Assembly (NCBI GenBank): GCA_051362555.1
Contig: CM120640.1
Coordinates: 56,398,788-56,462,787, forward strand
Direction of reading: 5' to 3'
Source of the DNA: Lingula anatina
Taxonomy: Eukaryota > Animalia > Brachiopoda
Length of the DNA: 64,000 bases
Each line of letters begins with the position of its first letter. The first letter of the stretch is position 1. Under the pieces are notes generated by a model. That model worked only from the letters and a program-made list of their open reading frames with translations, was not told the DNA's origin and ran no database searches. The position numbers and the translations under genes are program-made. Shown one piece after another: positions 1 through 13,681 of the stretch.

Positions 1-386
1 AGAGTTGTCAAAAAATTTTGACTCACTTTTTTGAGCAGAGTAATTCATTCATGGAACATGCCTTAGGCCATTATAACACTCATGTCACACCCCACACCCC
101 TACACAAAAAAAGGGAAAAAGAAAGAAAAAAGGAAAGAAAAATGTAACAGTTTAAATAATTTAAAATTCAGTATTCTTTTGTTTAAACAAACTGAGGATT
201 TATACAAAACTTCACTATTTTTTCATGCACTACTCTCTTGAACAGTCACACTCGCTGCTGATTTAATAAAAATGGCTGTAAAACACTTGTAATAATCAGA
301 GCCCTGACAATGAAGGATTTTTAGTGCAATCAACCCCCCAACCTCATCTAATCTAGGGTAAATTTTATATACTTGCAACATATACC

Positions 387-1609
387 TACTTGTGCTACTA
401 ATTAGTCCCACATCATGCAGTCCACCATTCCAATTTCTAAAGCCATTGGTGCATGCTATACATGTCAACCTGATTTTACCACAACTCCTGCTCCTTTTTT
501 ATTTGTTTTCCCACTGCAAAGGACTTGCAATGTTGATTCCTTGCTCTGCTGGGATTGTAAAAGATTTCCTCCTGTATTTGAATTCTTTTCATGTTGTGTT
601 AGATGTTCTGAATAGCTCTGCAACTCCATTCAACCACTTCAGGCTGTGGGGATAATTTTTTAGCCCATTGCCTCATCTCAAGCTTGTTTATCAAAAATAT
701 GTGTTATGTGCTGGAATTTTCGCTACCATTCAAAGACATTTCAAGTTTGGAAAGTGTGAGAATGTTTTTTATGATGTCATTTTTACAATCCAAGCTGTTT
801 GCTATCCGTATACTGATAATCTTATCGAATATCTTATCCAATCAAATATTATATCACCCAGTTTTTAATAAGAATAGTAATTTAATAATTATTCAAATAT
901 TAAGGGGTCTCTTTCAAAAAAACCTTCTTAGTCTTTATAAATTCATCTAAAGCTGCCTCTGTTAGTCTCTTGCATTACTAGTCAGGTAACACTAAATGAA
1001 AAATTTGATCCAAACTAAGTAACATTCTAAGTGCCAAACATAGTGTCTTTGATTGTTAAATTTTATGTAAAAGATAAATGACTCAATATAGCAAAAAGTA
1101 AACATTACACATACAGTCCAATAAAATTTATTGTTTAATAAATTAAACTTTAAAATATGACTGCCAATTGACGAGGGCAGTGTATCAAATGCTATACCTA
1201 CTCTCATTTGGCCGATGAAAGACTCATCACACAATGCACTAAGAGATACAGAATATGCATCTTTCACATAAAATATTCTAAAATCTGCTACATGTACACA
1301 TATCAGCACACAGCAGATGTGATCAAAACTCTGTAATGGTATGTTCATGACACAAAAGTTACACGATATTACATGCCTGCTCTGAAATGATCCACAATGC
1401 ACAGATGGAGTCAACAGCTGTCAATTCAAGCACTGTACAACTCTACGCCTTCAGTTTTAACTATTACCCTAAGAGACATTCTAACATAGTTTTTAATCTG
1501 TCAATAGGACATTGGTAAAAATTAACAATTTATTTGCATACAATGCAATTCATGTATTTTATTACAAGTAAACACTTAACATACTTGAGTGAACTCTGGT
1601 GTAGGTTAA

Positions 1610-1677
<68 letters not shown>

Positions 1678-4600
1678 CACAATTGAATACAGGTTTTCCC
1701 TTATGAGTAAACAATAATATTTTCTATTCGATAACTTACAAAATCAGTCAAAAATTACACAGCCCAAACTTCAGATTGTAATCACAATTTTAGAGAAAAT
1801 TATTTCAGGAAAAATAAAAATAACACAATAATGTTAAAATTTCTTTACATACTAGTTTCTTTGATGACTTTTTTTGAGTCAGTCCTCAGTACCTTAGGTT
1901 CACCATGTACACTGTGCAATATCAAATATGCCACATGCATTTTTCCTGTATACTGAGACTCGTGGTAAAATATCCCTTTCTGTTTTTCTTTACCAAATCC
2001 AAGGCATTTCAGCAGTTCTTTATGTGATTTCCACAAAGTTTTGATATCTGTTGTTGGTTCAACTTTTTCAGAGTCCAGTTTTTTAACCTTAGAGAACAAA
2101 TACATAAAAATTATATCCAACAGTTACTTCCGTCTTCCTTCTTCACAAGTTTTTTGAAAAATCCCTCAATTTTTCAGAAATTTTACCTTCAGAGTTGAAG
2201 CTTCATATACAAAAACATTTTCTCAAAATTTTGCAAAACAATAAAAAACAAAAACAAAAATGTAATACACACCAATTCCATATATAAACCTGCATGTTGC
2301 TTGCTAAATTTCTTCACCAAACAATATGAATTCATATAACCAAGTTCTGGAAGATAAAAATGAAACATAGGAATAAAATAACCATGAATCATTTGGACCA
2401 CTCACTTTAATCATACCGTAATGAAAAGCACTTTATTTCTTGCGGCTCTTGCCTCCAATTTGTCATTAATTTGCTTGAAAATTATACAAGACAGTCAAAA
2501 AAGCAAAAAGAACAGAGTGAACCATCAGAATAGTCTTGCAAAGACAAAATAGTTTTATCAGCTAGCCCAAGATTTTTACCTGTGATGGCACAGATTAATG
2601 CTAAGCAGGCTTTCACTTCACTCTTTTTTTGTTTCTCTCTTGTATGCACCTGACAATATTCCATTTTCACATAGGCATTTGGTCCTTCATATATAAACCC
2701 TAACCCATCCACTAGCTTCTGCCAGCAGTTGAAAAGAGTAGGAGAGAATGGTTTCTGCCTTAGTCTAAGGGAATGAACTTTCATGGGTTCCACTGAGAGC
2801 TTGTGCACTGCATCTACAAGCTACAAACACAATATACAACATTTTATGAATAACAGAAGTGACAACCTAACAAAAAATATTTCACAATACATGCAGAATT
2901 TATTACTGCATGTACATTTTATATGCCTTATGATGAATGAATGAATAACATCAAGTTGTAGCTTATATATAAATATGTCACTTTAAAGCAAATGCCATCC
3001 CTGCTCTCCAACTGCTCTTTCTGTCTGTCCCCTCTCCACCTGGTTACAAAGGGTTTTTTTTCTATTGATCATTATACCTTAGCGCTACAGCTGTATCGGT
3101 ATGCTGAGAGAATTTACTACACAATTGTACCATAGGGCATTTTCTATTAAGTTGATATTATTAATATGTCAATCTCTCAAAATGTACCATTACAGATGTG
3201 ATGCTAAGATGTGATGCTCATTGTGAAAAGGGTCCATAATGTTTACTAGAATGTGTTAGAAAAGCCACTTAAATAAAATTCTCACCATTTCTGCCAATGT
3301 TAATGCTACATGATAAAACTCCGATTCATTCTTGGCACAGGTAAAGAAATCACGAAGGTCTGGTAACCAATTTTCTCTATGTAGAACTAAAGAATCCAGA
3401 GTCTGATGTATTTCCAAAACAGTTGCTGAAAAAAAATCCTGTATAATTTACAATGGCTATTGATATAAAAGTATAATGTACAACTGTTACTGATATAAAC
3501 AGCATACAGTTTTCCTAAGAATATTTCAAATAAAATATAAAAATAACTGCAAAGGAATTATTACAACTGAGTGAACAAACAACAACAATATGGTGCTACA
3601 TATAAATGCATTAACAGTTTGACAAGCTCATATGTAGATCAACAAGCCAGGTCATGTATACATGTAGATCAAAAAGTACTTATGCTATTTTTGCTCACCA
3701 GGAAGAGGAAATTTTTCTCTTATTGACCTACAACATTCCTTTTCCAAATCTACAACTGCCCCCTCTTGAGGTTTTGGATTCTGATACAAATCCTTTTTCC
3801 TGTCTAAGCTGTTCAACAAATATTTAAAAAATATATATTAGTATGGAATCAGTAAGTAATGCATAAATCACTCAAATAATACAAATCCAAAAGGAACTCC
3901 TAAGAAAAAAAAGATTTATCTGTACAGAAGCTTATCAATTAATTTTAAAAAAGCTTATCAATTAAAAAACAAATACATATAATATATTAAGATTTATAAA
4001 ACAATTAAATACTGAGTAGGTAGTTGACCATATACAAAGGATACAATTTTGTGTAGCATTAACTGTAAATTAAGCTAGCTGAAATGGAAACAATCTGGAA
4101 TCTATATGCAGGTGGGTTGAATGAATCAAAGTAGAAGAGATGCAGGGTTTGATTATCAGGCATATACTCACGGTGCTAAAAAACCCACATCAGGTTGATC
4201 AAAGCCTTCAGCACTACCATGGTCCTCTTGTTCACTTTCATCACAGTCATCATCCTCATCCTCTTCACCTGCCTCAACCAAGATTTCTCTTCTATAGGCA
4301 AAATTATCATATCAGGGTTTTTTGCAATCACTATAAAGCAAAATATCACAATTTCTTCCATCTACGCATATATCTAGCCTTGTGAAAGTAAAGCACATCA
4401 GCAAGAGTGAGAAGATATACAGTCTGCAAATTAAAGTAGGGATATGTACCAACTTATTGATTTTGTGCTAAAGCTCTGATAACATGAATCAAAAATATTT
4501 ACCTGTTTCCCATCATCTTATTCTGGTTTAAATTCCTTTTAGCCATCTTTAGTTAAACCCTTCATAGAAAGATTGGTAATAACCATGCATAGTATCTATA

Positions 4601-7100
4601 AGCTTAAGCCTACTTTTCCATTTAAGCATGTACATAAACCAGACTTAAAACAAATAATTTTACCTGTGTATAGAGTGATTTATAGGAGTCAGAAATCCTA
4701 CGGCAGAATCTGGATGATGAAACAATTTATCTGCATTTTCACTACCACTGCCATTAATCTCAGACATATCAGTATAACTGCAAAACTCTTCCTCTGAATC
4801 ACCTATAAGCAAGAAAAAGTAAAATCATAAATCATCTTAAAAAAACAGCCAGCTAGTATATAATTATCATAAATTTCCCAAAATTTCATTTCTGCTTCAA
4901 CCATTTTCACTTAATACCTCTAAATCCACAGCATCAATTGGGAAGTTTTGCCCAGTACCACACTATGATAATTGGTTTTCTAATACTCATCCATCAAATT
5001 CAAAACAAAATTAGAAAACACATACTGCAGATATCAATCCCTTTTTAGGATCGATCACGAAATCTAGACAGAACAACTAACATAAATATTTAAATACTAC
5101 CAACCTTCGTGAAAGGTAAGTTGATGTAATGATACCTTTAGGGATAAAATATCTGTAACCGATGTTGCTTCAAAGTTCATTATGATGGGGCCATTAGCCC
5201 TGCTGAGATGGTGCTTCCATATGATTAACTATCTTTTCTACAGTACATGTATGTGCCAGTGACCTATTTCATCCATCTCAATACCCCATTGATAAGATAC
5301 TACAATATTGTTCATAAATGGGTTAATATATATTCTGTTGTGAAAAGTGTCTATTTGCCATCATAAAACTTGCATTAAAAAAGGGTTCAAAATAAACAAC
5401 ATAATTTGGCTTTGAACAGAATACTTCTATACCATAGCAACAATTTATATACATGTATTTAGCAATATTCAATCTAGTGACAAATAATGTCACAATTTTG
5501 ATATGGAAGTGCACCTTACCCTACTGGGACCACACAAAATCCTCTTCAGAATGTGTAATTAAGTCAATGAAGTTGGTACTGATATCAAATGGCAAGAAAC
5601 AGGACTAAAGCTTTTTGCATACTAGTATGAACAACACAGAGGTTCTAAGATGAGCCCTCTGCATATATATCCATACTGTAAGATGTGTGCAGTTTGGGCA
5701 TTAACTCAGCTGAACAAAGTGTACTCTGTGGCAGTGTGATATCACAGAGCAAACAGAATGGGCAGCTATATAGGCATGCAGCTCACAAACACAACTGTTG
5801 ATGTGACAACCCTTGAAAGGTTTGTTTTCCTCAAATGGATTATAGAAGAGCTGATATGCTTTTAAGGACTGATTAAAATTATGTACATCTCAGACACAAC
5901 TAATAGGTTAATGAGTGCCATTTTATATGTTAATATATCATATATTTTCATTTTGGGACAATTCAAAGTGTCATCAATATTGTTAATATTATTACTACAG
6001 ATTTGTTGTCATTGTTGAAAGAAACTGATAAAAAACTAAAATTCAAATTTTCCATTTCGACCTATTATATGTACATTTCAAACAGATCAAACTCTAAATC
6101 AACATAAATGCCACAGATAAAACTGAACATTTCACACTTATATCCACCTACACTGTCACGTGACAGTTAAACCTCAGGTTCATGTGACAACCCTCAAAAA
6201 GGAACATGCACGTTAAATTGGAACCAAAGACAAATATGAAATGAAAGTGAAAGTAATTTTCATTGTCATCAAATAGCATAGTAAACTGTTGATAAATTGT
6301 CTGGTCAAAAAAAGTCAATCAAAGAAGTTCAACTTGGTTAATTAGATTTGTGGCTAGTACTTGTATATGTTAGTACTAGAAAATCTCTTGCTGACACGAT
6401 GTCAGTTATATAATATATTCATTATTTAAAACTTTTAACTGTCATCAAAATCCTTATAATATGCTCCTTCTGATAACCAAACATTACCATTTAATGTCTC
6501 TGAGTCTTTTTCAGCCAAATATGCTCACCTAAATACCTGGTCACCTCATCATAGCAGTCAAAAGCAAATGCCTGGCAGGCTCGCCCTATTCCTTGGGCTA
6601 ACGGAACCGGAGACATACCTGTAGTAATGGAACTGAAGGGGAAATACTGGTAGTTGCAAACCTTTAAAATTAATATTAAGGAGAATAAATAATTGTGACA
6701 TGATCGATTATACCTAAGAGAAAGCAAAAATAAATGCAATTTTAGTTTTCGATACGGTCAGTGGAAGTTTAAAAAATGATAAGATATATACTGTAAGTAC
6801 ATGTACGTACAGTTGAAGTACCGGCTGTAGACAGCAGTCCCTATTTCGGTGACCAATTTTCCATCGAATTAGAAGTCGATATAATAGAGTACATATCACT
6901 TTTTCACTGGTATTTGTAAATCGAAACTGTTAATTAATTCCATAGTTCTATATTAATTTCATTGCCAGTGGATCTCAATGATACGGACCACAAATCGACT
7001 GCTACATGTACTAGTTACCAGCATAATCGCCAAAAATGGGAATATTTCTGTCATTTAACAAATTTCACACGCCAACATGTGTATCATGCTTACCCTTTCT
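387..7100 (-). pseudogene. Unprocessed multi-exon pseudogene; central part resembles the tandem PUB-like C-terminal region of TTC28
   Basis: Phase-compatible GT-AG exons at about 4803-4664, 4380-4172, 3808-3699, 3425-3286, 2820-2418 and 2186-1848 read ...LPDLRDFFTCAKNESEFYHVALTLAEM|LVDAVHK...CWQKLVDGLGF...LWKSHKELLKCLGF...KMHVAYLILHSV. In-frame stops at 4312-4314, 2166-2168 and 2124-2126, a frameshift near 2500, and more stop-riddled coding-like sequence at 387-850. Boundaries are approximate. Confidence 0.55.
1614..1673. repeat. (TA)n microsatellite
   Basis: About 30 perfect TA units. Confidence 0.95.
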
Positions 7101-7199
7101 TTTTTAAATGTGACTGAGTAAGTGCATATCTCGCACTAAATATATAATTTTTCGACGCTATTATACATAGATCTAGCCCTAAAAATAATTCTCGGAATG

Positions 7200-7370
7200 G
7201 GTGGGCGGGATTAGGGCTAGTTCTTATTTAAAAACGTCACGTCCACCTTTTATTGAACATAATAAATACTGAATGTATGTCAAGTGGCACAGTTTCCAAA
7301 GGACCGGAAGTATACGGATTCCTACCGCATAACTGGCGTGTTACACGCGAGTGACATCTCGAGAAATAAA
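7200..7370. promoter_or_regulatory. Housekeeping-type promoter motifs, probably of the decayed minus-strand gene
   Basis: GC box GGGCGGG (about 7203), ETS site CCGGAAGT (about 7304), TCTCGAGA (about 7357), and a minus-strand donor AG|GGTAAG near 7093. Confidence 0.4.
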
Positions 7371-7789
7371 AGCTACAAATCCAACAATAAAAGTTCCTGC
7401 AGATCATAGGAGTGATACACTAGTGAACATGCCGAAAGGTAAACGTCAGTTGTCGTGGCATTTCACTACGTACTGTCGGCACTTGTTTCCAAAGGAAAGC
7501 TTTTTCCATCAGTTTATATGCTGCATGTTATTACCGGTATAAAGCAATTTTATGCCTTTAAAATACTTCAGTTAAATAATGTTTTTACAAAAACGTTTTG
7601 ATTTTACTATAGGGAATGCTTACATTAGTAAAATAGGTATAAGGACAAAAATCCATTTGGTCGAAATTAATGAGTGATTTTCATTATCGTATGAATACCA
7701 TATATTACTTGAGCAAAAATGCCCATTAGCTAAGTACTTGGGACCATAGATGAGGAATATTATGCACAAGCTGAATATTTTCTTACTAC

Positions 7790-8330
7790 CTTTGACTTGC
7801 AGTCAACATCGTCATAGGCCTTCATCAGCATGATGCAAGTTGTTACTGTTTGGTGAGGGACAATGTGTATTGCCTCTCATATCTTAGTTGGGACATTCGA
7901 TGACTGGGATTCAAGGACCTTGGTTGAATTCCAACCAATACTGTGACCAGTTATTAAATATATGTTCAGAGATGGCAGAGGCAGAGCTGTTATTGCCTAC
8001 AGTCACAGATTTCTTGTGTTAGTTTATCCTGGTATTCAATTGTCTACCTGTCTCTCCAGTGTGAAAGGAATTAGACTCATGGAAATTAATCTGATATGCC
8101 ACATTATTATATTTGAGGGGTCATGTCATTTGGTGCCACTACCCCAGTAGGTGTTGTTTCAATGAAAGTAGTGTTGATACTGTGCTGTATTTCCTGCACA
8201 TTCTCTCTGAACTGTGAAATTCCTTTACAAGGGAGAATAACTAGCTGTATTTTGCAGACTGTGTCTGTTGGCTAACAATTGGTCACTTAGGTACTGTCCT
8301 GACAAGGTTTCATGTAACAACTCACGTTAG
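7790..8330 (-). mobile_element. Degenerate Penelope-like retroelement fragment (GIY-YIG endonuclease end)
   Basis: Minus strand reads NNVAYQINFHESNSFHTGETGRQLNTRIN*HKK...SAISEHI/GHSIGWNSTKVLES...KI*EAIHI, matching the Penelope VYxI...YIGETGR...R..EH...W..KVL...EAIHI pattern. Stops and frameshifts are present. Confidence 0.8.
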
Positions 8331-8587
8331 TACAATGAAGGCTTGCAACCATATTGGCCACAAGCTAATGCTAGAAAGTAAAAAACTCTGCTTGCGCTTA
8401 ATAATTAACATCTCTCAATATTTGTGTTCTTTAAAAGAAGACATCCTGCTATTTAAATAAAAGGCACAAGAAACAGAAACAAATGTGACCAATTTCAAAT
8501 AACATGTTTACTTTTATTCCTTTATCTTTGTTCTAGGACAGGAGATAGCAGTGTAATTAAAAATAAGTTAACAAAGAAAAAGTTCAT

Positions 8588-9846
8588 TCAAGAAGAGCTT
8601 TTCAAATGTTCAATAATGTGTGGGGCAATTTTAATCTTCTTTTTTCTTTTTCTTTTTTGCACACCATTTTTTAATATAGGTTCTTTTGGTTTGGTCGTCT
8701 TCTTTTTACAAGATAAGGGGTTCACTCCTTTCTTCTTTTTTCTTTTCCTTTTCTTCAATTCATCATGGCCAAAAACTGTCCTCTTGAGCCTATTTAATTG
8801 CTCCTGTTCATGATGTGACAGTGAAATCTTATTAGCAACATTGCATTCTGCAGAGTGCCTCGACTTGTTGGAGGGATTGTCAAGAATGATTGCATTGTGT
8901 GTAATATAAAGCAAAGGTGTTCCTTTCCTGTTTCTGGCAATCTCTTGAAGGTCTTGGTCCTGAATAAGAAAATGCTAATAAAACTAATCGTAAAAGAAAT
9001 TGAATAATTTTACTCTGCTTTTGACCACATGCTGTATGGCAATATGGAAACTGGTCAGGGTAGAAAAGTAACTGTTTCTTTTTAAAAATTTTCTGTATAT
9101 ATTTTTGTACAGATGACTTCATTTTTGACTGTGTAGAAACCTAACTTTTTAAATAGACAGACATCAAAGTGGGGTTTTAAAGCTGCTTATTTCTTATTTT
9201 TATACCAACTTCTGATAATATCTAGACTGAATATATATGAGCATACCTGTGTGGCAACAAAAATACTTTTCTTTTTCTTCATAACAGATTGGAAACATTT
9301 TGCAGCTGTCAATGGACTGTGGTGACCACAACTTTCTAAATCAAACTGTTGAAGGACCTTGAAGGGACCGTATAACAAAGGCCCTGAAACAAGGAATAAT
9401 TTATACAAATTTAAAACTTTTAAACAAGTGGAAAGGAAAATTTTTTAATCGGTGAATTGAAATTATTTTTTAACCATTAATTTAAAATGAAAAAATCTTG
9501 TGAAATTTTGTATTCTCATAAAAATCAATTGCTAACTAATAACATTGGAAAAATGGAAATCAGTTTGATCTTGTTTAAACAGTATAAAAATTATCATAAT
9601 CAAATAAAAAAGACTATCCACATATCAACCTAGATCTTCGCACTCAGCCTTCGCACAAAGCGTGGTACAAAGCTTAAGTTCTGACTCCAAGTATTTAGGC
9701 AATTGTTCCCTGATGTTGATTTTGAACTGCAAGGCAGCTTTGCAGAAAGTCCCATCTATCAATATGCTGAATGGAGGACAGATGTCGAAATAGCTCTTAT
9801 AAAACCCTACAATTTTCCTGGCCTGTTTTAGTCGTTTAGTTTTCAT
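8588..9846 (-). CDS. UTP23: rRNA-processing protein UTP23 (PIN-like Fcf1 family), 241 aa
   Basis: Exons 9846-9630, 9383-9247, 8959-8588 in phase. Motifs ILIDGTFCKAAL, CGH...AAKC, FVATQDQDL, and a basic tail KGVNPLSCKKK. Confidence 0.95.
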
Positions 9847-10465
9847 TGCTGCTCACAAATGCTTAAAAACCTTATCTATACTGGTTTTCAACAACATCAT
9901 GTCAGGGGTAATCCTAGAGAGGGGTGAGAAACGTCCATTGTTCTCGTCAGCGAGGCTGGCTTTTTTCAGGGTATGTACGCACAGACAGAAAACCATGTAT
10001 TGTGGGAACATTACTAATGAAGCCACTGGTAGTGCTAGTAGATATCAGGCTGTAGTCTTGAACAAGCGCCTCGATGACGAGTGAACAGTTGTCAAAAACA
10101 AAAGACCCAGGTGTGGTAGTTCAACTACTGTTCATGCGTGCCACAACGACCAAACCTAATTGCTCCTCAAGGTCATAAAACAATATCCGGTACTGGCGGC
10201 CAGGCTCGTCTTAATCATATAAGTAGCGCGTTTCCACCCCCTGATCATGTGTTCATTGTGGGTGCAGACATTTTGGTTCTCGCGAATTCTCGTTGACCAG
10301 AGATCGTTTAATACCTACAAAGCCTCTCTTGGCAGAACAAAATAGAATGCATCGCAGTCAATATCACATATAAGTAATACTTTTCCGCTAGTTTTACTTA
10401 GTTTATTATTGGTGATCACTATATTTCTTAATAATGATAAAACTACTACCCGGTCATTTTTCAAG
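9847..10465. promoter_or_regulatory. Bidirectional promoter region of UTP23/EIF3H
   Basis: About 620 bp between divergent ATGs, with TCTCGCGA at about 10278 and YY1-like AAGATGGC overlapping the EIF3H ATG. Confidence 0.65.
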
Positions 10466-13400
10466 ATGGCTTCGGGGCGCGAGCGCACGAGGGATCTTCC
10501 CGTAAAATATGTACAAATTGATGGTTTAGTGAGTATACATCACATTGATTCATTTGCTTCCTGTTATGTTATACAAGTCAGTACATTTCAATGTTGAACG
10601 TCGTATTTTTTATAAAGTAATAAACGGTAATAAACGGATAAACATTTGGCATATGGCCACAATGCATTGTAGGGCACAGCGAGTGGTTGTACAAATACAC
10701 TACATTAGAGTAATACTAAATTTAGTACGTTCTGAACAGCAATGAACGTTTTCCAGGTTGCTTTGAAGATCATTAAGCACTGCCAAGAGGAGGGTGCTGG
10801 CGGTACTGACCTTGTCCAGGGAGTCCTACTTGGTCTTGTAGTGGACACCAGGCTTGAGATCACAAACTGTTTTCCTTTTCCTAGACACACAGAGGATGAA
10901 GACTTTGATGAAGGTTTCACAATAATTAATCAATACTTAATTTAGCACAAATGTGCTAATGTATGAAAGATAGATGTGTCTATGACGTACCCCACCTATT
11001 CACACCATTGTTGTTGACAAAGATGTGAATTAAGATAAGATTCATGAGCTTGTCTACAGTACTACTGTTTATGCTACTGTGAATTTACATGTCAGTTCAA
11101 GATAGCCGTGGACAAACTTTTTAATTCTATAGGGGTGCAACAGGGATTTTTGTCACTATCAAACAATCATGTGGGTCAAGCAATTTCCATTGTATAGGAT
11201 TCTGGCATTGGCTTATTTCTTGACAGGAACTAATGTTAGGTCATTATTTTACCAAATTTGAGCATTCAGAAATCTCTCAACGCTCGTCTTGAGCAGGTGT
11301 AATTAAATTTCACAGTGGCCTAACAGGCAGACAAGCAGATGGATCTTATGTTAACACAGTGCTGTGGAGGTAAGACTTTGTGGAGGTGAGAGGTAAGCAA
11401 AAATTTTTAGAGCCATGGTGTTAACTCATGAAATTTCAAGCTGTTCTTTATTGTGAATTCACTTGCAATTGTATTTTTATGATTATATTTAATCTAATGC
11501 AAATCCAGGTTAACTTTAGAAAGTTAGAATGAAATATCATGGGTTTTTGATAAAGAGACTTAAACAAATTAAGAGAAGGTAATGGTGGTACATTTAATAA
11601 TAGTTCATTTGTCACAATTGTTTACATTATTATTATTATTATTATTATTATTACTACAGTGTCAATATCATGGATTTTTATCATATTTTTTCTGAAATAT
11701 CTAAAATGTGAATTTCAAACTTCTTTTAGTCCAGTACCAAATGGAGATGATGCGTAATCTCCGCCATGTCAACATAGACCATCTTCATGTGGGCTGGTAC
11801 CAGAGCACATACTTTGGATCTTTCCTTAACAAGGCACTGCTAGATTCACAGTTCAACTACCAGCATTCTATAGAAGAGTCTGTGGTTCTGATATATGGTA
11901 AGATGTTAAACGGGCAAACAAAGCGGTTTAAATTGGAAATGATACACAAGAACAGCACTTTCACAACAACAAACTCTCCAAATAAACGAGATCTATTTTA
12001 AATTCAATGATTATTTAAGATAAACAATTTTAGACACCATTCTTATATCATCTCAACAACTATGATAGCACTCTCCCTTGGTTTGTTTGCCCCTTCAAAG
12101 ATAGACAGAAGTCTGCATACAATGCAAAAGTAATTTTGGAATCACTATTTTTTAAGCCAAATGCTGGAATGTTAACTGTTTAAAAAAATCATCTAAGAAG
12201 GAAATACAATCTTACTATCTGATTCTGGCATACTTTTTCATATAACAGTAAACACTATGACATGACTGATGTTTCTGCATGCCAGAAGTCTGTTACATTA
12301 CGATTATGCCTTTGATTCCAGATCCTCTACGAACATCTCAGGGTTATCTTACTTTAAAAGCATACCGCCTCACACCAGCAATGATGGACATGTACAAGGA
12401 AGGAGACTTTTCACCAGAGGCGTGAGTAATTATGGTCAAAATTTTGGTGAATGCTGTCTTCTTGTATTGGTTTTCTGCTGGTCCTGCACAAAACTACAAG
12501 AATTTTGACACGTCAGGGATACATAAGAATGATTATCACAAGATGTTTTCTGTATTGTTTATGCATAGTTGCATAAAAAATTGGTGACAATACTCTCTGT
12601 TATGAACTGTTGCTTTGATGAAAAAACTTCTTTTTTTTTCAGAATTAAAGAAATGGGAATAAGTTTTGAGAACATGTTTGAAGAAATTCCTGTTGTGATG
12701 AAGAATTCCCACCTGGTGAATGCCTTACTGTGTGAGATCCAGGAAATAGCCCCAGAAGCCGAGCACTATCAGAGTCTAGACCTGGCCACAGCGTAAGTAG
12801 TACTTGTAACTCATCATGTTTTTTAACAACTGTTGTGAAGGTGGTTTTGTGGATTTAAGAATTTGGGAGTTTTATTGTTTTCATTTGTATTATATTACAT
12901 TTCTTTGTTTGAAACTTTGGTTAATTAGTTTATCGAGCTTCCCAATATTTAAGATCATGGAAACTTTTTTTCATTGAAGACGAGTATATACTACTTTTTA
13001 CATTTAGCTTGGTATCATATGTGTCTTTTTTGCAGGTCTGTATTAGAAAAGAATGTTCGTCAGTTGATGGAAAACGTTGATGAGTTGGTTCAAGACACAA
13101 ATAAATATATAAATTATCAGAGACAGTCTGCAAAACAACAACAAGCAAAACAGCAGTATCTCCAGAAGAGGGTATGTTATTGATCATTATTTATCTATTT
13201 AGATATTTTTCCCTGTATGTTAATTTCACATTTCTGGTCTGTTTGCGTTTGATTTAATATTTTCAAATGTGAAATTTATTTGATAGAAAATAAGTAAATG
13301 TTACACGGTATTAGCATAAGAGTGCTAGAATTTATTTTCAAAATAATATGGGAATGTTTGTATTTTATGTCATTGCATTTTCAAACAATCTACTGTATGT

Positions 13401-13681
13401 AGTTGTATTTTTTTAACAATCAGGGGAATGGTCATAGTAAATCGCTGTTTTCTGCTTTTTAGCGTATGGAGAATGAAGCTCGGGCAGCCAAGGGTCAGCC
13501 ACCTTTACCTGAAGAAGACATAAATAAAGTGTTTAAACCATTGAATCCGCCGCCACGTCTAGATAACCTGCTGACCTGTGGTCAGGTGAACACTTATTGC
13601 CAACAGATGGAGCAGTTTGTGTCTCAGAGCTTTGGAAAACTCTTCATGGCAGAGTCTTTACAGAAAGATAGTAAACCATGA
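10466..13681 (+). CDS. EIF3H: Eukaryotic translation initiation factor 3 subunit H, 330 aa
   Basis: Exons 10466-10528, 10757-10913, 11730-11897, 12322-12421, 12643-12792, 13036-13171, 13463-13681 in phase. MPN motifs [28 protein letters not shown] and [11 protein letters not shown]. Confidence 0.97.
10990..11395. mobile_element. Foldback/MITE-like inverted repeat in EIF3H intron 2
   Basis: AAGATAAGATTCATGAGCTTGTCT...CTGTTTATGCTACTGTGAATTTA...TTCAAGA pairs with TCTTGAG...AAATTTCACAGTGGCCTAACAG...AGACAAGCAGATGGATCTTATG. Confidence 0.65.

Noticed and set aside
4312-4314. In-frame TGA as selenocysteine or readthrough
   Set aside because: The same gene also has a TAA stop and a frameshift, so decay is the simpler explanation.
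7429-7445. ATGCCGAAAG|GTAAAC mini first exon on the plus strand
   Set aside because: No compatible downstream exon was found before UTP23.
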